Source: an uncultured Clostridia bacterium (lineage in GTDB: Bacteria > Bacillota > Clostridia > Oscillospirales > Acutalibacteraceae). From it: DNA of 64,000 bases. A model generated the notes under the pieces. That model searched no databases. It had not been told where the DNA came from and saw nothing but the letters and a program-made list of their open reading frames with translations. The DNA lies in NCBI GenBank assembly GCA_946566955.1, contig CAMNXD010000005.1, forward strand, positions 12,044-76,043. The letters are read 5' to 3'. The position numbers and the translations under genes are program-made. Shown in pieces: positions 1 to 10,498 of this stretch (positions within the stretch are counted from its first letter, which is position 1; each line of letters starts with the position of its first letter).

Positions 1-6
1 TGCCAT
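1..6 (-). CDS. First two codons (ATG GCA) of a gene leaving the window. Its position after rpsM suggests rpsK (uS11).
   Basis: SD GGAGG (plus 16-20) followed by ATG at 6..4. The rpsM-rpsK order is established knowledge, but the product itself is not visible. Confidence 0.3.
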
Positions 7-24
7 TAAAATATTCCTCCTTTA

Positions 25-393
25 CTAACCTTTCTTATTCGCCATTGTTTTTTTAGGGCCTTTACGCGTCCTAGCATTAGTTTTTGATCTTTGACCTCTT
101 ACTGGTAATCCTTTTCTGTGACGAATTCCTCTATAACATCCTATTTCAATTAATCTTTTGATATCGAATGCTATTTCACTTCTAAGGTCACCTTCTACCT
201 TGTAGTGCTTATCAATGCAAGTTCTAATCTTAGAAATATCGTCTTCCGTAAGATCACGAACTCTAGTGTCAGGATTAATACCTGTTTTGCTGATAATTTC
301 TTTAGCACTTGTTCTGCCAATACCAAAAATATAAGTGAGTCCTATTTCAACTCTCTTGTCTCTAGGTAAATCCACGCCGGATATACGAGCCAT
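25..393 (-). CDS. rpsM: 30S ribosomal protein uS13
   Basis: 122-aa [29 protein letters not shown]...; canonical S13 sequence and position. Confidence 0.95.
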   Translation of the reverse strand: MARISGVDLPRDKRVEIGLTYIFGIGRTSAKEIISKTGINPDTRVRDLTEDDISKIRTCIDKHYKVEGDLRSEIAFDIKRLIEIGCYRGIRHRKGLPVRGQRSKTNARTRKGPKKTMANKKG

Positions 394-422
394 TTTTTAA
401 CACCTCCATATTTTACTTTAGA

Positions 423-536
423 TTATCCTTGTCTTTGCTTATGCTTAGGGTTTTCGCATATAATCATAACTCTGCCACGCCTTTTTATGACTTTGCATTT
501 GTCGCATATCTTTTTTACAGATGGTCTGACTTTCAT
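423..536 (-). CDS. rpmJ: 50S ribosomal protein bL36 (zinc-binding form)
   Basis: Below the ORF-track cutoff. Hand translation gives [37 protein letters not shown], 37 aa, with CxxC...CxxxxH. Confidence 0.93.
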   Translation of the reverse strand: MKVRPSVKKICDKCKVIKRRGRVMIICENPKHKQRQG

Positions 537-539
537 CTT

Positions 540-887
540 TTATTTCACATCCTTCATCAGTGATATTTTCTGATGTCCATCACCTGACGGGTTCGAGGTA
601 TTTCCTATATTGGAAGTATTCGACGCCTCTAGTATGCTAGAATTACTCTTAGAAGTGGATTTATCGATATTTTTGCCTCTCCAAGTGATTCTTCCGCGAG
701 TCAGGTCATAGGGCGACATCTCAACCTTAACATAATCTCCTTGCAAAATTTTGATGTAATTCATTCTTAGTCTGCCAGATATATGAGCAAGAATAGTCAT
801 TCCATTAGAAAGTTCAACTTTAAACATTGCGTTTGGAAGCACTTCAACTACCTTACCCTCTACCTCCAGAGAATCTTCCTTAGACAT
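540..887 (-). CDS. infA: Translation initiation factor IF-1 with a 43-aa C-terminal extension
   Basis: Residues 1-72 ([26 protein letters not shown]...RGRITWRGK) are a complete IF-1. The ORF then continues through a Ser/Asn-rich tail to 3 nt before rpmJ. Confidence 0.85.
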   Translation of the reverse strand: MSKEDSLEVEGKVVEVLPNAMFKVELSNGMTILAHISGRLRMNYIKILQGDYVKVEMSPYDLTRGRITWRGKNIDKSTSKSNSSILEASNTSNIGNTSNPSGDGHQKISLMKDVK

Positions 888-987
888 TTTTCATAGAGCA
901 TTAATTAATGTTAATTTAAAGACCCCATATAAATTATTAATTAATATGATGCTCCTTTCACCACCTTTTCCTACTAAAAGCTTCTCA

Positions 988-1239
988 TCATGCCTCTTTG
1001 CTATTTTGAAAAGAACGAAGTGCTAATCTTATCAACTTATTAGACTTTAAGTTTTCTTCTTTTAAAAGAGTCTTAGTAAATCTAAGATGCATTAAGTTCT
1101 TTTTCTTGGGTTTTTCAAGTAGTCTTTCCTTGCCATCACAAACAAAAACATATTTTCCGCAAGTACTTAAAACAACTTGAAAATAATTTTTATCCCTTCC
1201 TGCGCAAGACCTTACTACTAATCCTCGAGCCACTTCCAT
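988..1239 (-). CDS. KOW-domain RNA-binding protein (small protein typical of the map-infA interval in clostridia)
   Basis: 83 aa, MEVARGLVVRSCAGRDKNYFQVVL...; KOW-like GRDK motif and conserved position. Confidence 0.7.
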   Translation of the reverse strand: MEVARGLVVRSCAGRDKNYFQVVLSTCGKYVFVCDGKERLLEKPKKKNLMHLRFTKTLLKEENLKSNKLIRLALRSFQNSKEA

Positions 1240-1252
1240 AATTAAACCATCC

Positions 1253-2005
1253 TTAATTAGGGTCCGTAAGTACTAATGGACCTTCTGGCGTCACTGCAAT
1301 TGTATGCTCAAAATGTGCAGAGAGCTTTCCGTCTAAAGTAACTGTAGTCCAGCCATCATTAAGTACTTCAACCTCATGTCTTCCTTGGTTTACCATGGGT
1401 TCAATAGCTATGGTCATTCCTGGAACTAGTCTTATCCCATGACCAGAGCTCCCAAAATTTGGCACAGAAGGGTCTTCGTGTAATTGCGTGCCCACTCCAT
1501 GACCTACGAAATTTCGCACCACTGAGTAGCCACGTGCTTTGACATAACTCTCAACCGCATTGCCGATATCTCCAATCCTGTTACCGACTTTAGATAAATG
1601 TATCGCTTCTTGTAGACTTTGTTTCGTAGCTTCCATCAATCTTTTGGCATCCTCAGATACATCTCCACAAGCAAATGTATAAGCGTTATCACCGTGAAAT
1701 TTTTCTAAGTATGCCCCAACATCTACACTAACGATATCTCCGCTCTTAATAATACGGTTTTTGCTAGGTATGCCATGGATGACTTCATTGTTTATAGAAA
1801 TACAGCAACTTCCAGGAAATTCATCATATCCGAGGAATGACGGCTCCGCACCCTGAGACCTAATATATTTGCAAACAAGATTATCAATTTCTTTTGTGCT
1901 AACACCTGGCTCAATTGCTTCACCTGCCAGCTTTAAAGCTCTTGCCGAAATTCTACCAGCATTTCTCATAAGAGCGAGTTCCTTGGAATTTTTTAGTTTA
2001 ACCAT
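1253..2005 (-). CDS. map: Type I methionine aminopeptidase
   Basis: 250 aa; metal-ligand context DIVSVDVG, HGVG, IAIEPM, FEHT. Confidence 0.93.
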   Translation of the reverse strand: MVKLKNSKELALMRNAGRISARALKLAGEAIEPGVSTKEIDNLVCKYIRSQGAEPSFLGYDEFPGSCCISINNEVIHGIPSKNRIIKSGDIVSVDVGAYLEKFHGDNAYTFACGDVSEDAKRLMEATKQSLQEAIHLSKVGNRIGDIGNAVESYVKARGYSVVRNFVGHGVGTQLHEDPSVPNFGSSGHGIRLVPGMTIAIEPMVNQGRHEVEVLNDGWTTVTLDGKLSAHFEHTIAVTPEGPLVLTDPN

Positions 2006-2657
2006 TTTTATTTTCCTGCGCTTGAAGTATTTTTAAAACATTTTCAGTAATTTCAGGTAAAGGCTTTGCACCATCAACTACTATCCTCATATTGCGCTTA
2101 TCATAGTACTCTTTAAGTGCATGAGTTTGATCGTAATAAACCTTAAGCCTTTCTTTTACTGTTTCAATTTTGTCATCCATACGTTGAACAAGGGTGCCTG
2201 CACATACATCGCATTTTCCATCAACACGGGGTCTTTTATCAGTGTTGACGTTATACACACGAGCACATTTTTCGCAAACACGGCGCCCAGACATTCTCTT
2301 ATAAATAACTTCTTCATCAACTTCAATGTCGAGAACACAGTCTATAATTATATTAGAATTGTCCAGAGCCTCAGCTTGAGCAATAGTTCTTGGAAATCCA
2401 TCGAGTATAAAACCTTTTTTACAATCTTCTTGCTTTATCCTCTCTGTAACAATCCCTATTACTACCTCATCCGGAACCAGATGACCTTTATCGATAAAAG
2501 ATTTTGCTTTTAGCCCCATCTCAGTACCATTTTTCAATGCTGCTCTTATAATATCTCCTGTGGAAATAGTTGGAATATTAAGATGAGCAGATATAATTTC
2601 GGCCTGAGTACCTTTCCCAGCACCGGGTGCTCCCAAAAGTATAATGTTCATTTTCAA
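1998..2657 (-). CDS. adk: Adenylate kinase (zinc-lid type)
   Basis: P-loop GAPGAGKGTQ and lid CEKCARVYN...CDVCAG. The true start may be the second Met (2651). Confidence 0.93.
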   Translation of the reverse strand: MKMNIILLGAPGAGKGTQAEIISAHLNIPTISTGDIIRAALKNGTEMGLKAKSFIDKGHLVPDEVVIGIVTERIKQEDCKKGFILDGFPRTIAQAEALDNSNIIIDCVLDIEVDEEVIYKRMSGRRVCEKCARVYNVNTDKRPRVDGKCDVCAGTLVQRMDDKIETVKERLKVYYDQTHALKEYYDKRNMRIVVDGAKPLPEITENVLKILQAQENKNG

Positions 2658-3128
2658 AGCCCCTTCTTATATAATATTAATTAAATTGACTTAAATTAGT
2701 TGCTTTTTAAACACTTAAAAGTGACTACTTAAATCCTTATCGATATCAAAAATTTTTAGCTGCTTTTCAACGTCTTAATTTAGGCATCTTCCAGATTATA
2801 ACCAGGAAATTCTTATAAATCATCTTAGCAAGGTCAATTAGATATATCCTCACAAAATGATTATAAGCTAGATTAAAGAGTTCCCGTGTGCCTCACGGTG
2901 CTCTGAGGTTTTAATCCACCCCAAAAATTCGCAGCAGACTAAATTCAAAAATCACCTTCATTAAAACTATGAATAAAATTTCCAATTTAATCTTATATAA
3001 TTCATTTTAGGGCAATTATAACCTACTAATTTAAAATTATGCCATTTTACATTCAATTAGTCAAGTAAAAGAATGCTAAACTGCAAGAGAAATAAAGAAG
3101 AAACTAAGTTTTACTGTTTAAATCAATT

Positions 3129-3158
3129 AGAAGAAATCGCCGGTATATGCTCCGGCGA
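3129..3158 (-). terminator. Intrinsic terminator/attenuator-like hairpin just after secY
   Basis: Minus-strand UCGCCGG-AGCAUAUA-CCGGCGA followed by UUUCUUCU. The 7-bp GC stem starts 30 nt after the secY stop. Confidence 0.55.
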
Positions 3159-3187
3159 AATCAGGTCAATTAACATTTCACCATCCA

Positions 3188-4513
3188 TTAGCCTAAGAAG
3201 CCTTTGTAGTGACGCATCATAAGCTGAGATTCTAATTGCTTAATTGTTTCAAGTGCAACTCCTACCATAATTATTATGGAAGTACCACCTAAAGAAAGAT
3301 TTTGCATTCCAGTAAAAGTAGTAAAACCAATTGGTAAAAGTGATATTACTGCTAAAAACAATGCTCCTAAGAATGTTACCTTAGAAAGAACTTTTGAAAA
3401 GTAATCCGCCGTGGGCTTTCCTGGACGAATTCCTGGAATTGCACCATTACTTTGACGCAAATTGTTAGCCATTTCCACTGGATTATAAGTAATTTCAACG
3501 TAAAAATATGCAAAAACAAATATCAAGAAGAAATAGCATACGGTATATACAGGACCATTTATTGCAAAAGCATCTAGAACCGTTTTCCAAAAGCCAGTAG
3601 GCTTAGCAAAGAAGTTCACAAAATTAGGAATGGCTAATATTTGAGTTGCAAATATAACTGGCATTACTCCTGTTATACCTACTTTTAAAGGTATATGAGT
3701 ATTTTGTCCGGCATAAGTTTTTCTTCCTACTGTGCGCTGAGCATACTGAATTGGTATTCTTCTCTCGGCGTCATTCATAGATACTATCATCCACATTAAG
3801 AATAAGAACAATAGGATAAATAACGGTACATACGCATAAAACAACGAGAATTGCTCTGGCATCTGCATTGCAAGTGAAAAATAACCAAATAATTTTCCAA
3901 GAAGACTTGGCATGCGAGAAACGATACCTGCAAACATCAAAATTGATACTCCATTACCAACACCTTTGGCGTTTATTTGTTCCCCGAGCCACATTATAAG
4001 TGCAGCACCAGCGGTAAAGCAAAGTACAATTATAACAGCAACAAATGCACCTGCTGCTCCTTGTGTATACCTCACAATCGGAATGCCTTGAAAGCTTCCA
4101 CTTCTTAAGTACATATAAAATGTGGTTCCTTGTAAAAGAGCAAGGATAATTGTAATGTACCGCGTAATAGCAGTAAGCTTTTTTCTACCTTCTTCCCCTT
4201 CTTTTTGTAAAGATTCCAGATAAGGAATAGCAACTGTCATAAGCTGTATAACAATAGACGCATTAATATATGGTCCAACAGACATAGCAAATATAGTTGC
4301 TTGAGCAAATGCTCCTCCCGATAAAGTGTCAAGGTAAGTAAGGATTGCTCCGCTTTCTCCTAAACTTCCCATCATTCCTGCTAAAGCCTCAACGTTCAAA
4401 AATGGAACGGGTATTACAGATCCTACACGAAAAACTATTATTATCAATATCGTAAACAATAACTTGTTTCTTAGTTCTTTAACCTTCCATGCATTTATTA
4501 ACGTCCTAATCAA
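3188..4513 (-). CDS. secY: Preprotein translocase subunit SecY
   Basis: 441-aa polytopic membrane protein with canonical SecY sequence and position after rplO. Confidence 0.95.
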   Translation of the reverse strand: MIRTLINAWKVKELRNKLLFTILIIIVFRVGSVIPVPFLNVEALAGMMGSLGESGAILTYLDTLSGGAFAQATIFAMSVGPYINASIVIQLMTVAIPYLESLQKEGEEGRKKLTAITRYITIILALLQGTTFYMYLRSGSFQGIPIVRYTQGAAGAFVAVIIVLCFTAGAALIMWLGEQINAKGVGNGVSILMFAGIVSRMPSLLGKLFGYFSLAMQMPEQFSLFYAYVPLFILLFLFLMWMIVSMNDAERRIPIQYAQRTVGRKTYAGQNTHIPLKVGITGVMPVIFATQILAIPNFVNFFAKPTGFWKTVLDAFAINGPVYTVCYFFLIFVFAYFYVEITYNPVEMANNLRQSNGAIPGIRPGKPTADYFSKVLSKVTFLGALFLAVISLLPIGFTTFTGMQNLSLGGTSIIIMVGVALETIKQLESQLMMRHYKGFLG

Positions 4514-4954
4514 TTAGACCACCTCCGCCTTCCCTCCTGCAGATTCGATTTTTTCAATCGCAGATTTCGAAAACATCTGTGCTTTGACCGTTAGATTTTT
4601 AGTAAGATTACCATTACCTAAAATTTTGATTTTATCAAAATGACGCTTTATTAAACCCATTTCGATTAACTCATTAGCTCCTATAACTGAGCCATCTCCA
4701 AATCTCTCTAGATCTCCCACGTTGACGGAAAGTACTTTCTTAGCAAATATGTTTGTAAAGCCTCTCTTAGGGATACGTCTTTGCAGTGGCATTTGACCTC
4801 CCTCAAAACCTGGGCGAACTCCTCCGCCAGAGCGTGCATTTTGGCCCTTGTGACCTTTTCCGGCAGTTTTACCCCAACCTGATCCGTGGCCTCTTCCAAC
4901 ACGTTTTGGTGCTTTCCTTGATCCCGCAGGACACATTAAACTTTCAAGTCCCAT
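4514..4954 (-). CDS. rplO: 50S ribosomal protein uL15
   Basis: [29 protein letters not shown]. Start trimmed to the ATG at 4954, which follows SD GGAGGTG by 6 nt (the track start is an upstream GTG). Confidence 0.93.
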   Translation of the reverse strand: MGLESLMCPAGSRKAPKRVGRGHGSGWGKTAGKGHKGQNARSGGGVRPGFEGGQMPLQRRIPKRGFTNIFAKKVLSVNVGDLERFGDGSVIGANELIEMGLIKRHFDKIKILGNGNLTKNLTVKAQMFSKSAIEKIESAGGKAEVV

Positions 4955-5084
4955 TATTTTCACCTCCTATCCAAATTCAACAGAACCCATTACTATACAA
5001 ATACCACAACTTCTTTGCAGCAAGTACCATATAATTTTATCATATCGATAAAGGATATCAAGCTATTTTTTTAATATAAAGCAA

Positions 5085-5585
5085 CTATTTAAGAATTTCG
5101 CTCACGTTCTTGCCCCTTAATTCTGCAACTTGACTTGCAGTTCTCAAACATTTAAGACCTGAGATAGTTGCTCTAACGACATTACATGGATTATTGGATC
5201 TGAGAGCTTTAGTACGAATATCCTTTATACCTGCAGATTCAACTACGGCACGTACTGGGCCCCCTGCAATAACTCCTGTTCCTGGCGCAGCTGGTTTCAT
5301 TAATACTCTTCCTGCTCCATATGCTCCAAGAATTTCATGAGGAATAGTATCGCCTTTTAGCGGAACTTTTATTAAATTTTTCTTTGCGTCCTCAATACCT
5401 TTTCTTATGGCGTCGGGAACTTCTCCAGATTTTCCTATTCCGAACCCTACAGTTCCCTTTCCGTCACCAACAACCATTAAAGCTGCAAATTTAAAAATTC
5501 TTCCACCTTTTACAGTTTTTGAAACCCTATTTATAGCAACCAATCTTTCTTTTAAATCCAGTGTTGAACTATCTATCCTAGCCAA
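5085..5585 (-). CDS. rpsE: 30S ribosomal protein uS5
   Basis: 166 aa, [32 protein letters not shown]. Confidence 0.95.
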   Translation of the reverse strand: MARIDSSTLDLKERLVAINRVSKTVKGGRIFKFAALMVVGDGKGTVGFGIGKSGEVPDAIRKGIEDAKKNLIKVPLKGDTIPHEILGAYGAGRVLMKPAAPGTGVIAGGPVRAVVESAGIKDIRTKALRSNNPCNVVRATISGLKCLRTASQVAELRGKNVSEILK

Positions 5586-5602
5586 AAAATTCCCTCCTTT
5601 TA

Positions 5603-5962
5603 TTAAAAGTTAAGTCCCGCCTCGCGAGCACTTTCCGCTAATGCTTTAACACGTCCGTGAAATAAATATCCTCCACGGTCAAAAACCACAGTTGAAATTC
5701 CTTTTTCTAGCGCACGTTTAGCAATCATTTTGCCTACTTCTGAAGCAGCCTCTTTATTTCCGCCATAGGAAGAAAATTCCTCCTCATAGGTAGAAGCACT
5801 TACCAGAGTTTTAGCAGTAACGTCATCAATTATTTGAACGCTTATATTACTTCTGGAACGAAAAACGTTTAAACGCGGACGGCTGGCAGTACCAGAAATT
5901 TTGCCTCTAACTCTTCTATGACGCCTCAAACGGGCCAGATTCTTATCAGCCTTGTTTACCAT
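5603..5962 (-). CDS. rplR: 50S ribosomal protein uL18
   Basis: 119 aa, [26 protein letters not shown]...[16 protein letters not shown]. Confidence 0.95.
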   Translation of the reverse strand: MVNKADKNLARLRRHRRVRGKISGTASRPRLNVFRSRSNISVQIIDDVTAKTLVSASTYEEEFSSYGGNKEAASEVGKMIAKRALEKGISTVVFDRGGYLFHGRVKALAESAREAGLNF

Positions 5963-5980
5963 GCTTATTTACCCTCCTTG

Positions 5981-6517
5981 TTATTTTTTACCGGTCTTGC
6001 CTTCCTTACGGCGAATTACTTCGTTAACATATTTAATTCCTTTACCTTTGTAAGGCTCCGGTGGACGTTTTTCTCTTATTTCAGCAGCACATTGACCTAC
6101 TTTTTGCTTATCAATACCGATTACTGAAATCTTGTTTCCCTGTGCTTCAAGTTTAATTCCGTCAATTTCCGGAACAATTACTTGATGAGAGTACCCTAAG
6201 TTAAGTACCAGATTACTCCCTTGCTTTTGAACACGGTATCCAACCCCATTGACTTCTAATTCTTTCTTAAAGCCATGTGTAACTCCTTCGATCATATTGT
6301 TTATCAAAGAGCGGGTCAAGCCATGCAAAGCACGGTTTTCTTTTTGATCGTTAGGTCTTGAAACTGTTATTACTCCGTCTGTTATTTCAACCTTCATTCT
6401 AGGATGAATAGCTTGAGTAAGTGTTCCTTTGGAACCTGTAATTTTTATTGTGCCATCACTTAAACTTGCTTCCACGCCCGATGGTATAGTTATAGGTTTT
6501 TTACCAATTCGTGACAT
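5981..6517 (-). CDS. rplF: 50S ribosomal protein uL6
   Basis: 178 aa, MSRIGKKPITIPSGV...PEPYKGKGIKY. Confidence 0.95.
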   Translation of the reverse strand: MSRIGKKPITIPSGVEASLSDGTIKITGSKGTLTQAIHPRMKVEITDGVITVSRPNDQKENRALHGLTRSLINNMIEGVTHGFKKELEVNGVGYRVQKQGSNLVLNLGYSHQVIVPEIDGIKLEAQGNKISVIGIDKQKVGQCAAEIREKRPPEPYKGKGIKYVNEVIRRKEGKTGKK

Positions 6518-6533
6518 TTTTATCCTCCTTTCT

Positions 6534-6932
6534 TTACCATATAAATGCTAGAACTTCTCCTCCAAGATTTTCTTTACGTGCCCTGCGGTCAGTCATAACT
6601 CCCTTAGATGTAGAAATTAGTGCAATGCCTAATCCTTTCATCACTCTGGGCATTTGTTCCACATTGCTATAAATTCTAAGTCCTGGTTTTGAAACTCTTT
6701 TAAGGCCTGTGATAACTGGCTTTTTTTCTTCAGTATACTTTAAAAATATTTTTATACTATTTTGACGGTTATCATCAATTACCATAAATTTTCTGATGTA
6801 TCCTTCATCCAGCAAAACTTGTACTATAGCTTTTTTAATATTAGATGAAGGCACTTCAACTATTTCATGTCTCGCAGCACATGCATTGCGAATTCTTGTT
6901 AACAGATCTGCGATAGCGTCCGTTATTTGCAT
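6534..6932 (-). CDS. rpsH: 30S ribosomal protein uS8
   Basis: 132 aa, [13 protein letters not shown]...GGEVLAFIW. Confidence 0.95.
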   Translation of the reverse strand: MQITDAIADLLTRIRNACAARHEIVEVPSSNIKKAIVQVLLDEGYIRKFMVIDDNRQNSIKIFLKYTEEKKPVITGLKRVSKPGLRIYSNVEQMPRVMKGLGIALISTSKGVMTDRRARKENLGGEVLAFIW

Positions 6933-6957
6933 AAGTAATTTACCTCCTTTGCCAATT

Positions 6958-7143
6958 TTACCAACTTGCTTTTCTGACTCCTGGAATTTCTCCTCTGTGC
7001 GCTAGTACCCTAAAACATATACGGCATATTCCGAATTTGCGAAGGTATCCATGCGGCCTACCACAAATCCTGCAGCGAGAATATTCACGTGTTGAAAATT
7101 TTTGAGCTCTTTTTTGTTTTATCTTTAACGACGTTTTAGCCAC
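6958..7143 (-). CDS. rpsZ: 30S ribosomal protein uS14, short type Z (zinc form)
   Basis: 61 aa with [22 protein letters not shown]. Confidence 0.93.
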   Translation of the reverse strand: MAKTSLKIKQKRAQKFSTREYSRCRICGRPHGYLRKFGICRICFRVLAHRGEIPGVRKASW

Positions 7144-7154
7144 AATATCCCTCC

Positions 7155-7694
7155 TTATTTTGCAAATGGTGCCCCCATTAATTTTAATAGCTCTCTAGCT
7201 TCATCATCTGTATTAGCAGTGGTAGTAATTGATACGTCCATTCCACGAATTTTATCGATTTTATCGTATTCGATTTCAGGGAATATAAGTTGTTCTTTAA
7301 TTCCCATGTTATAGTTACCTTTGCCGTCGAAAGACTTAGGATTTATACCTCTAAAGTCTCTAACACGTGGGAGTGCAAGATTAAAGAGTCTATCTAAAAA
7401 CTCATACATTTTGTCGCCGCGAAGTGTAACCTTAGCTCCAATTTTCATTCCTTCGCGTACCTTAAAGTTAGCAACCGATTTCTTTGCACAGCACACAACA
7501 GGTCTTTGACCCGTAATAGTTGCAAGGTCCTCCAGTACGGAATTTATGGCTTTAGAATTATCTTTCGCTTCTCCCACACCAACATTTATGACGATCTTTT
7601 CCAGCTTAGGCACTTGCATGACATTTTTATAATCAAATTTGCTTTTAAGCTGAGATATCACTTGTTGTTTGTAAAAATCTCTTAATCTGGCCAT
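7155..7694 (-). CDS. rplE: 50S ribosomal protein uL5
   Basis: 179 aa, canonical L5 sequence and position. Confidence 0.95.
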   Translation of the reverse strand: MARLRDFYKQQVISQLKSKFDYKNVMQVPKLEKIVINVGVGEAKDNSKAINSVLEDLATITGQRPVVCCAKKSVANFKVREGMKIGAKVTLRGDKMYEFLDRLFNLALPRVRDFRGINPKSFDGKGNYNMGIKEQLIFPEIEYDKIDKIRGMDVSITTTANTDDEARELLKLMGAPFAK

Positions 7695-7705
7695 TCTTCT
7701 CCTCC

Positions 7706-8062
7706 TTACAGCACTTCACCGCATTTTTTGCAGCTACGCTTTTTCTTACCATCTTCCAGAATCTTATGAGCTATACGTGTAGGCTTGCCGCAGTGAGAAC
7801 AGACTAACTGTAATTTACAAGCGTAAAGGGCTCCTTCTGTTTTAAATATACCGCCCTCTTGACCTGCCCTACGTGGCTTAACGTGCTTAGAAACAATATT
7901 GATTCCTTCAACGATTACCTTACCCTCTTTAGGACTTACAGCTAATACTTTCCCCTCTTTGCCTTTATCTTTTCCACTCAAAACTTTGACTTTATCTCCA
8001 GTTTTTAAGTGAATTTTACACCGGTTAAGACTTACTCCATTTCTTTTATTACTTTTAAACAT
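7706..8062 (-). CDS. rplX: 50S ribosomal protein uL24 with an N-terminal extension and C-terminal CxxC...CxxC
   Basis: [24 protein letters not shown] core. SD GGGAGGTG lies 8 nt before the ATG at 8062. C-terminus is [32 protein letters not shown]. Confidence 0.92.
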   Translation of the reverse strand: MFKSNKRNGVSLNRCKIHLKTGDKVKVLSGKDKGKEGKVLAVSPKEGKVIVEGINIVSKHVKPRRAGQEGGIFKTEGALYACKLQLVCSHCGKPTRIAHKILEDGKKKRSCKKCGEVL

Positions 8063-8080
8063 TAATCAAACACCTCCCTC

Positions 8081-8449
8081 TTAGAGAACCTCTGGGGCTA
8101 AGCTCGATATTTTAAGATATCCCTTTTCGCGTAATTCACGGGATACAGGTCCAAAAATACGTGTGCCCTTTGGAGTCTTATCATCTTTGATAATAACTGC
8201 TGAATTCTCGTCAAAATTGATATAAGAACCATCTGCTCTTCTGACTTTAGATCTTGTGCGTACTACTACTGCTTTAACGACATCACCTTTTTTTACAACG
8301 CCGCCGGGTGATGCTTTTTTAACAGAAGCAACTATTACATCACCAATTCTTGCATATCTTCTGCGTGTACCACCTAAAACTCTAAAGCACATTACTTCTT
8401 TTGCGCCTGTGTTATCGGCAACCTTTAAACGAGTCTGAGGTTGTATCAT
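8081..8449 (-). CDS. rplN: 50S ribosomal protein uL14
   Basis: 122 aa, [18 protein letters not shown]. Confidence 0.96.
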   Translation of the reverse strand: MIQPQTRLKVADNTGAKEVMCFRVLGGTRRRYARIGDVIVASVKKASPGGVVKKGDVVKAVVVRTRSKVRRADGSYINFDENSAVIIKDDKTPKGTRIFGPVSRELREKGYLKISSLAPEVL

Positions 8450-8492
8450 AGTAAACTATTCCCCCTAACTAACCTTAATTTTAATTAATTTC

Positions 8493-8750
8493 TTATTTTG
8501 CTTTTTCAATTATATTAACAAGTCTCCAATTTTTATCTTTAGATAAAGGTCTTGTTTCCATAATTTTCACGTAGTCTCCAATTTTGCATTCATTGGATTC
8601 ATCATGAGCTTTAAAACGCTTCATACGTTTAATAATTTTCTTGTAAAGCGGGTGTTTAACGCTATCTTCAACAGCTACAACGATAGTTTTATCCATCTTG
8701 TCGCTCACAACTTTACCCGTCTTAACCTTTCTCATATTTCTTTCGCTCAA
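8493..8750 (-). CDS. rpsQ: 30S ribosomal protein uS17
   Basis: 85 aa, [19 protein letters not shown]...[11 protein letters not shown]. Confidence 0.94.
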   Translation of the reverse strand: MSERNMRKVKTGKVVSDKMDKTIVVAVEDSVKHPLYKKIIKRMKRFKAHDESNECKIGDYVKIMETRPLSKDKNWRLVNIIEKAK

Positions 8751-8790
8751 GGTATTTCCCTCCTCCTTTTTTACGCTTAGTCTCTATAAC

Positions 8791-9027
8791 TTACTGCTTT
8801 TTATCAGAGTGCAGAGTTTCAGCGGATTCTTCCGCTATTTTTAATTCCTTTTCTCTAATAGCAGTCTGTGCTCTTGCAATGTCTTTTTTTACCATCTTTA
8901 TGCGCATTGGATTCTCCAACTGGTTTATAGCAAGCTGAAATCTAAGGTTAAAAAGTTCGGATTTAAGGCTTTTTATCTTCGCAGTCAATTCTTGGATCGT
9001 CAACTTCTCGAATTCTGACATCTTCAT
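8791..9027 (-). CDS. rpmC: 50S ribosomal protein uL29
   Basis: 78 aa, [13 protein letters not shown] motif. Confidence 0.92.
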   Translation of the reverse strand: MKMSEFEKLTIQELTAKIKSLKSELFNLRFQLAINQLENPMRIKMVKKDIARAQTAIREKELKIAEESAETLHSDKKQ

Positions 9028-9452
9028 TAAACCTCACCATCCGTTTCTTGCTTTCTTACGAACTTACATTTTATCGGTAACTTATTAGCTGCTAAACGCA
9101 TTGCTTCTTTGGCAGTTTCTTCAGATACTTCACCGATTTCAAACATAACTCTTCCCGGCTTTACTACTGAAACCCAAAATTCTGGCGAACCTTTTCCTTT
9201 ACCCATACGTGTTTCAGCAGGTTTTTTAGTTATAGGCTTATCGGGGAATATTTTTATCCAGACTTTACCTACCCTTTTACAAAACCTTGTCATTGCAATA
9301 CGTGCTGCTTCAATTTGATTAGAAGTTATCCAGGCAGGTTCTAAAGCTTGTAGGCCAAAATCTCCATGAGAAACTCTGCTTCCTCTTATTGCCCGACCTT
9401 TCATTCTACCTCTGTGTACTTTTCTATACTTAGTTCTTTTTGGTAATAACAT
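9027..9452 (-). CDS. rplP: 50S ribosomal protein uL16
   Basis: 141 aa, [19 protein letters not shown]. Confidence 0.95.
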   Translation of the reverse strand: MLLPKRTKYRKVHRGRMKGRAIRGSRVSHGDFGLQALEPAWITSNQIEAARIAMTRFCKRVGKVWIKIFPDKPITKKPAETRMGKGKGSPEFWVSVVKPGRVMFEIGEVSEETAKEAMRLAANKLPIKCKFVRKQETDGEV

Positions 9453-10122
9453 TAGCTCCGCCTCCTTTTCTGGGCTCTTTGCTTGATGAATTAACCAAAA
9501 TTTCGCCTTTGTAAATCCAAACTTTTACTCCTATAATTCCGCCATAGGTAGTAGCTGCTTCTGCAAAACCATAGTCGATGTCTGCTCTAATAGTCTGTAG
9601 AGGGATGGTTCCTTCATGATAGTGCTCGGTTCTGGCTATTTCTGCTCCTCCAAGACGTCCGGAAACTTGGGTTTTAATTCCCTTAGCTCCTGCCTTCATA
9701 GCGCGTCCCATAGCTTGTTTTAATGCGCGTCTAAATGAAACTCTTTTTTCAAGCTGAGTAGCTATAGTTTCAGCAACTAGTTGAGCGTTCATATCTGAAC
9801 TTTTTACTTCAACAATATTTATAATTACTGGCTTTTTTACTATTTCTTGGCAGTAAGCTCTGAGTTTATCAATTTCTGATCCACCTTTACCAATCACGAC
9901 TCCAGGCTTTGCGCAGTGAATATGCAGACGAATTTTATGGTTGTCTCTCTCAATTTCTATTTTGGGGACTCCTGCTGGTTTTAATCTCTTAATCAACAAT
10001 TTACGAAGATTATAATCTTCAACTAAAACATCTGCAAAGTCTTTCTTTTTTACAAACCATCTAGAATCCCAGTTTTTTATTACTCCAACACGAAATCCGC
10101 ATGGATTAACTTTCTGTCCCAT
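9430..10122 (-). CDS. rpsC: 30S ribosomal protein uS3
   Basis: [14 protein letters not shown]. Start trimmed to the ATG at 10122, 6 nt after GGAGG (the track start is an upstream TTG). Confidence 0.94.
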   Translation of the reverse strand: MGQKVNPCGFRVGVIKNWDSRWFVKKKDFADVLVEDYNLRKLLIKRLKPAGVPKIEIERDNHKIRLHIHCAKPGVVIGKGGSEIDKLRAYCQEIVKKPVIINIVEVKSSDMNAQLVAETIATQLEKRVSFRRALKQAMGRAMKAGAKGIKTQVSGRLGGAEIARTEHYHEGTIPLQTIRADIDYGFAEAATTYGGIIGVKVWIYKGEILVNSSSKEPRKGGGANVITKKN

Positions 10123-10140
10123 AGTCAACCTCCTTTTCCA

Positions 10141-10476
10141 TTAATTTTTTTCCTTTAAGACTATAGTAACATGTGAACTTCTTTTCTCAATCCTATAAGC
10201 ACGGCCTTTAGACATAGGTCTTATCCTTTTGAGTATCGGCCCAGGACATACAAAACATTCTGATATATAAAGACGCGTTACGTCCATTTGATTATTGTTT
10301 ACCGCATTAGCTATGGCAGACTTTAAAAGTTTCTCAAGGTACTCACATGCTGATTTAGGCACATGCTTGAGAACTGCCATTGCGTATTCCACAGGTTTAT
10401 TTCTTATAAGGTCTAGCACAATTGAAACTTTCCTTGGTGAAATACGGGCAAACCTCAAATGAGCTTTTGCTTCCAT
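10141..10476 (-). CDS. rplV: 50S ribosomal protein uL22
   Basis: MEAKAHLRFARISPRKV. Start trimmed to the second ATG, 9 nt after AAAGGAG. Confidence 0.94.
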   Translation of the reverse strand: MEAKAHLRFARISPRKVSIVLDLIRNKPVEYAMAVLKHVPKSACEYLEKLLKSAIANAVNNNQMDVTRLYISECFVCPGPILKRIRPMSKGRAYRIEKRSSHVTIVLKEKN

Positions 10477-10498
10477 ATATTCCATCTCCTTTCACCCG

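Noticed and set aside
2870-2945. The GC-rich hairpin segment in the secY-adk spacer as a known RNA (tRNA, SRP RNA, 6S, RNase P)
   Set aside because: No cloverleaf, no SRP domain IV motif and no other signature I can recognise. It is kept only as an unexplained element in the findings.
9430-9452. 23-nt overlap of rpsC and rplP as a possible frameshift or mis-assembly
   Set aside because: Both proteins are full length with normal termini. Short overlaps are common in these operons.
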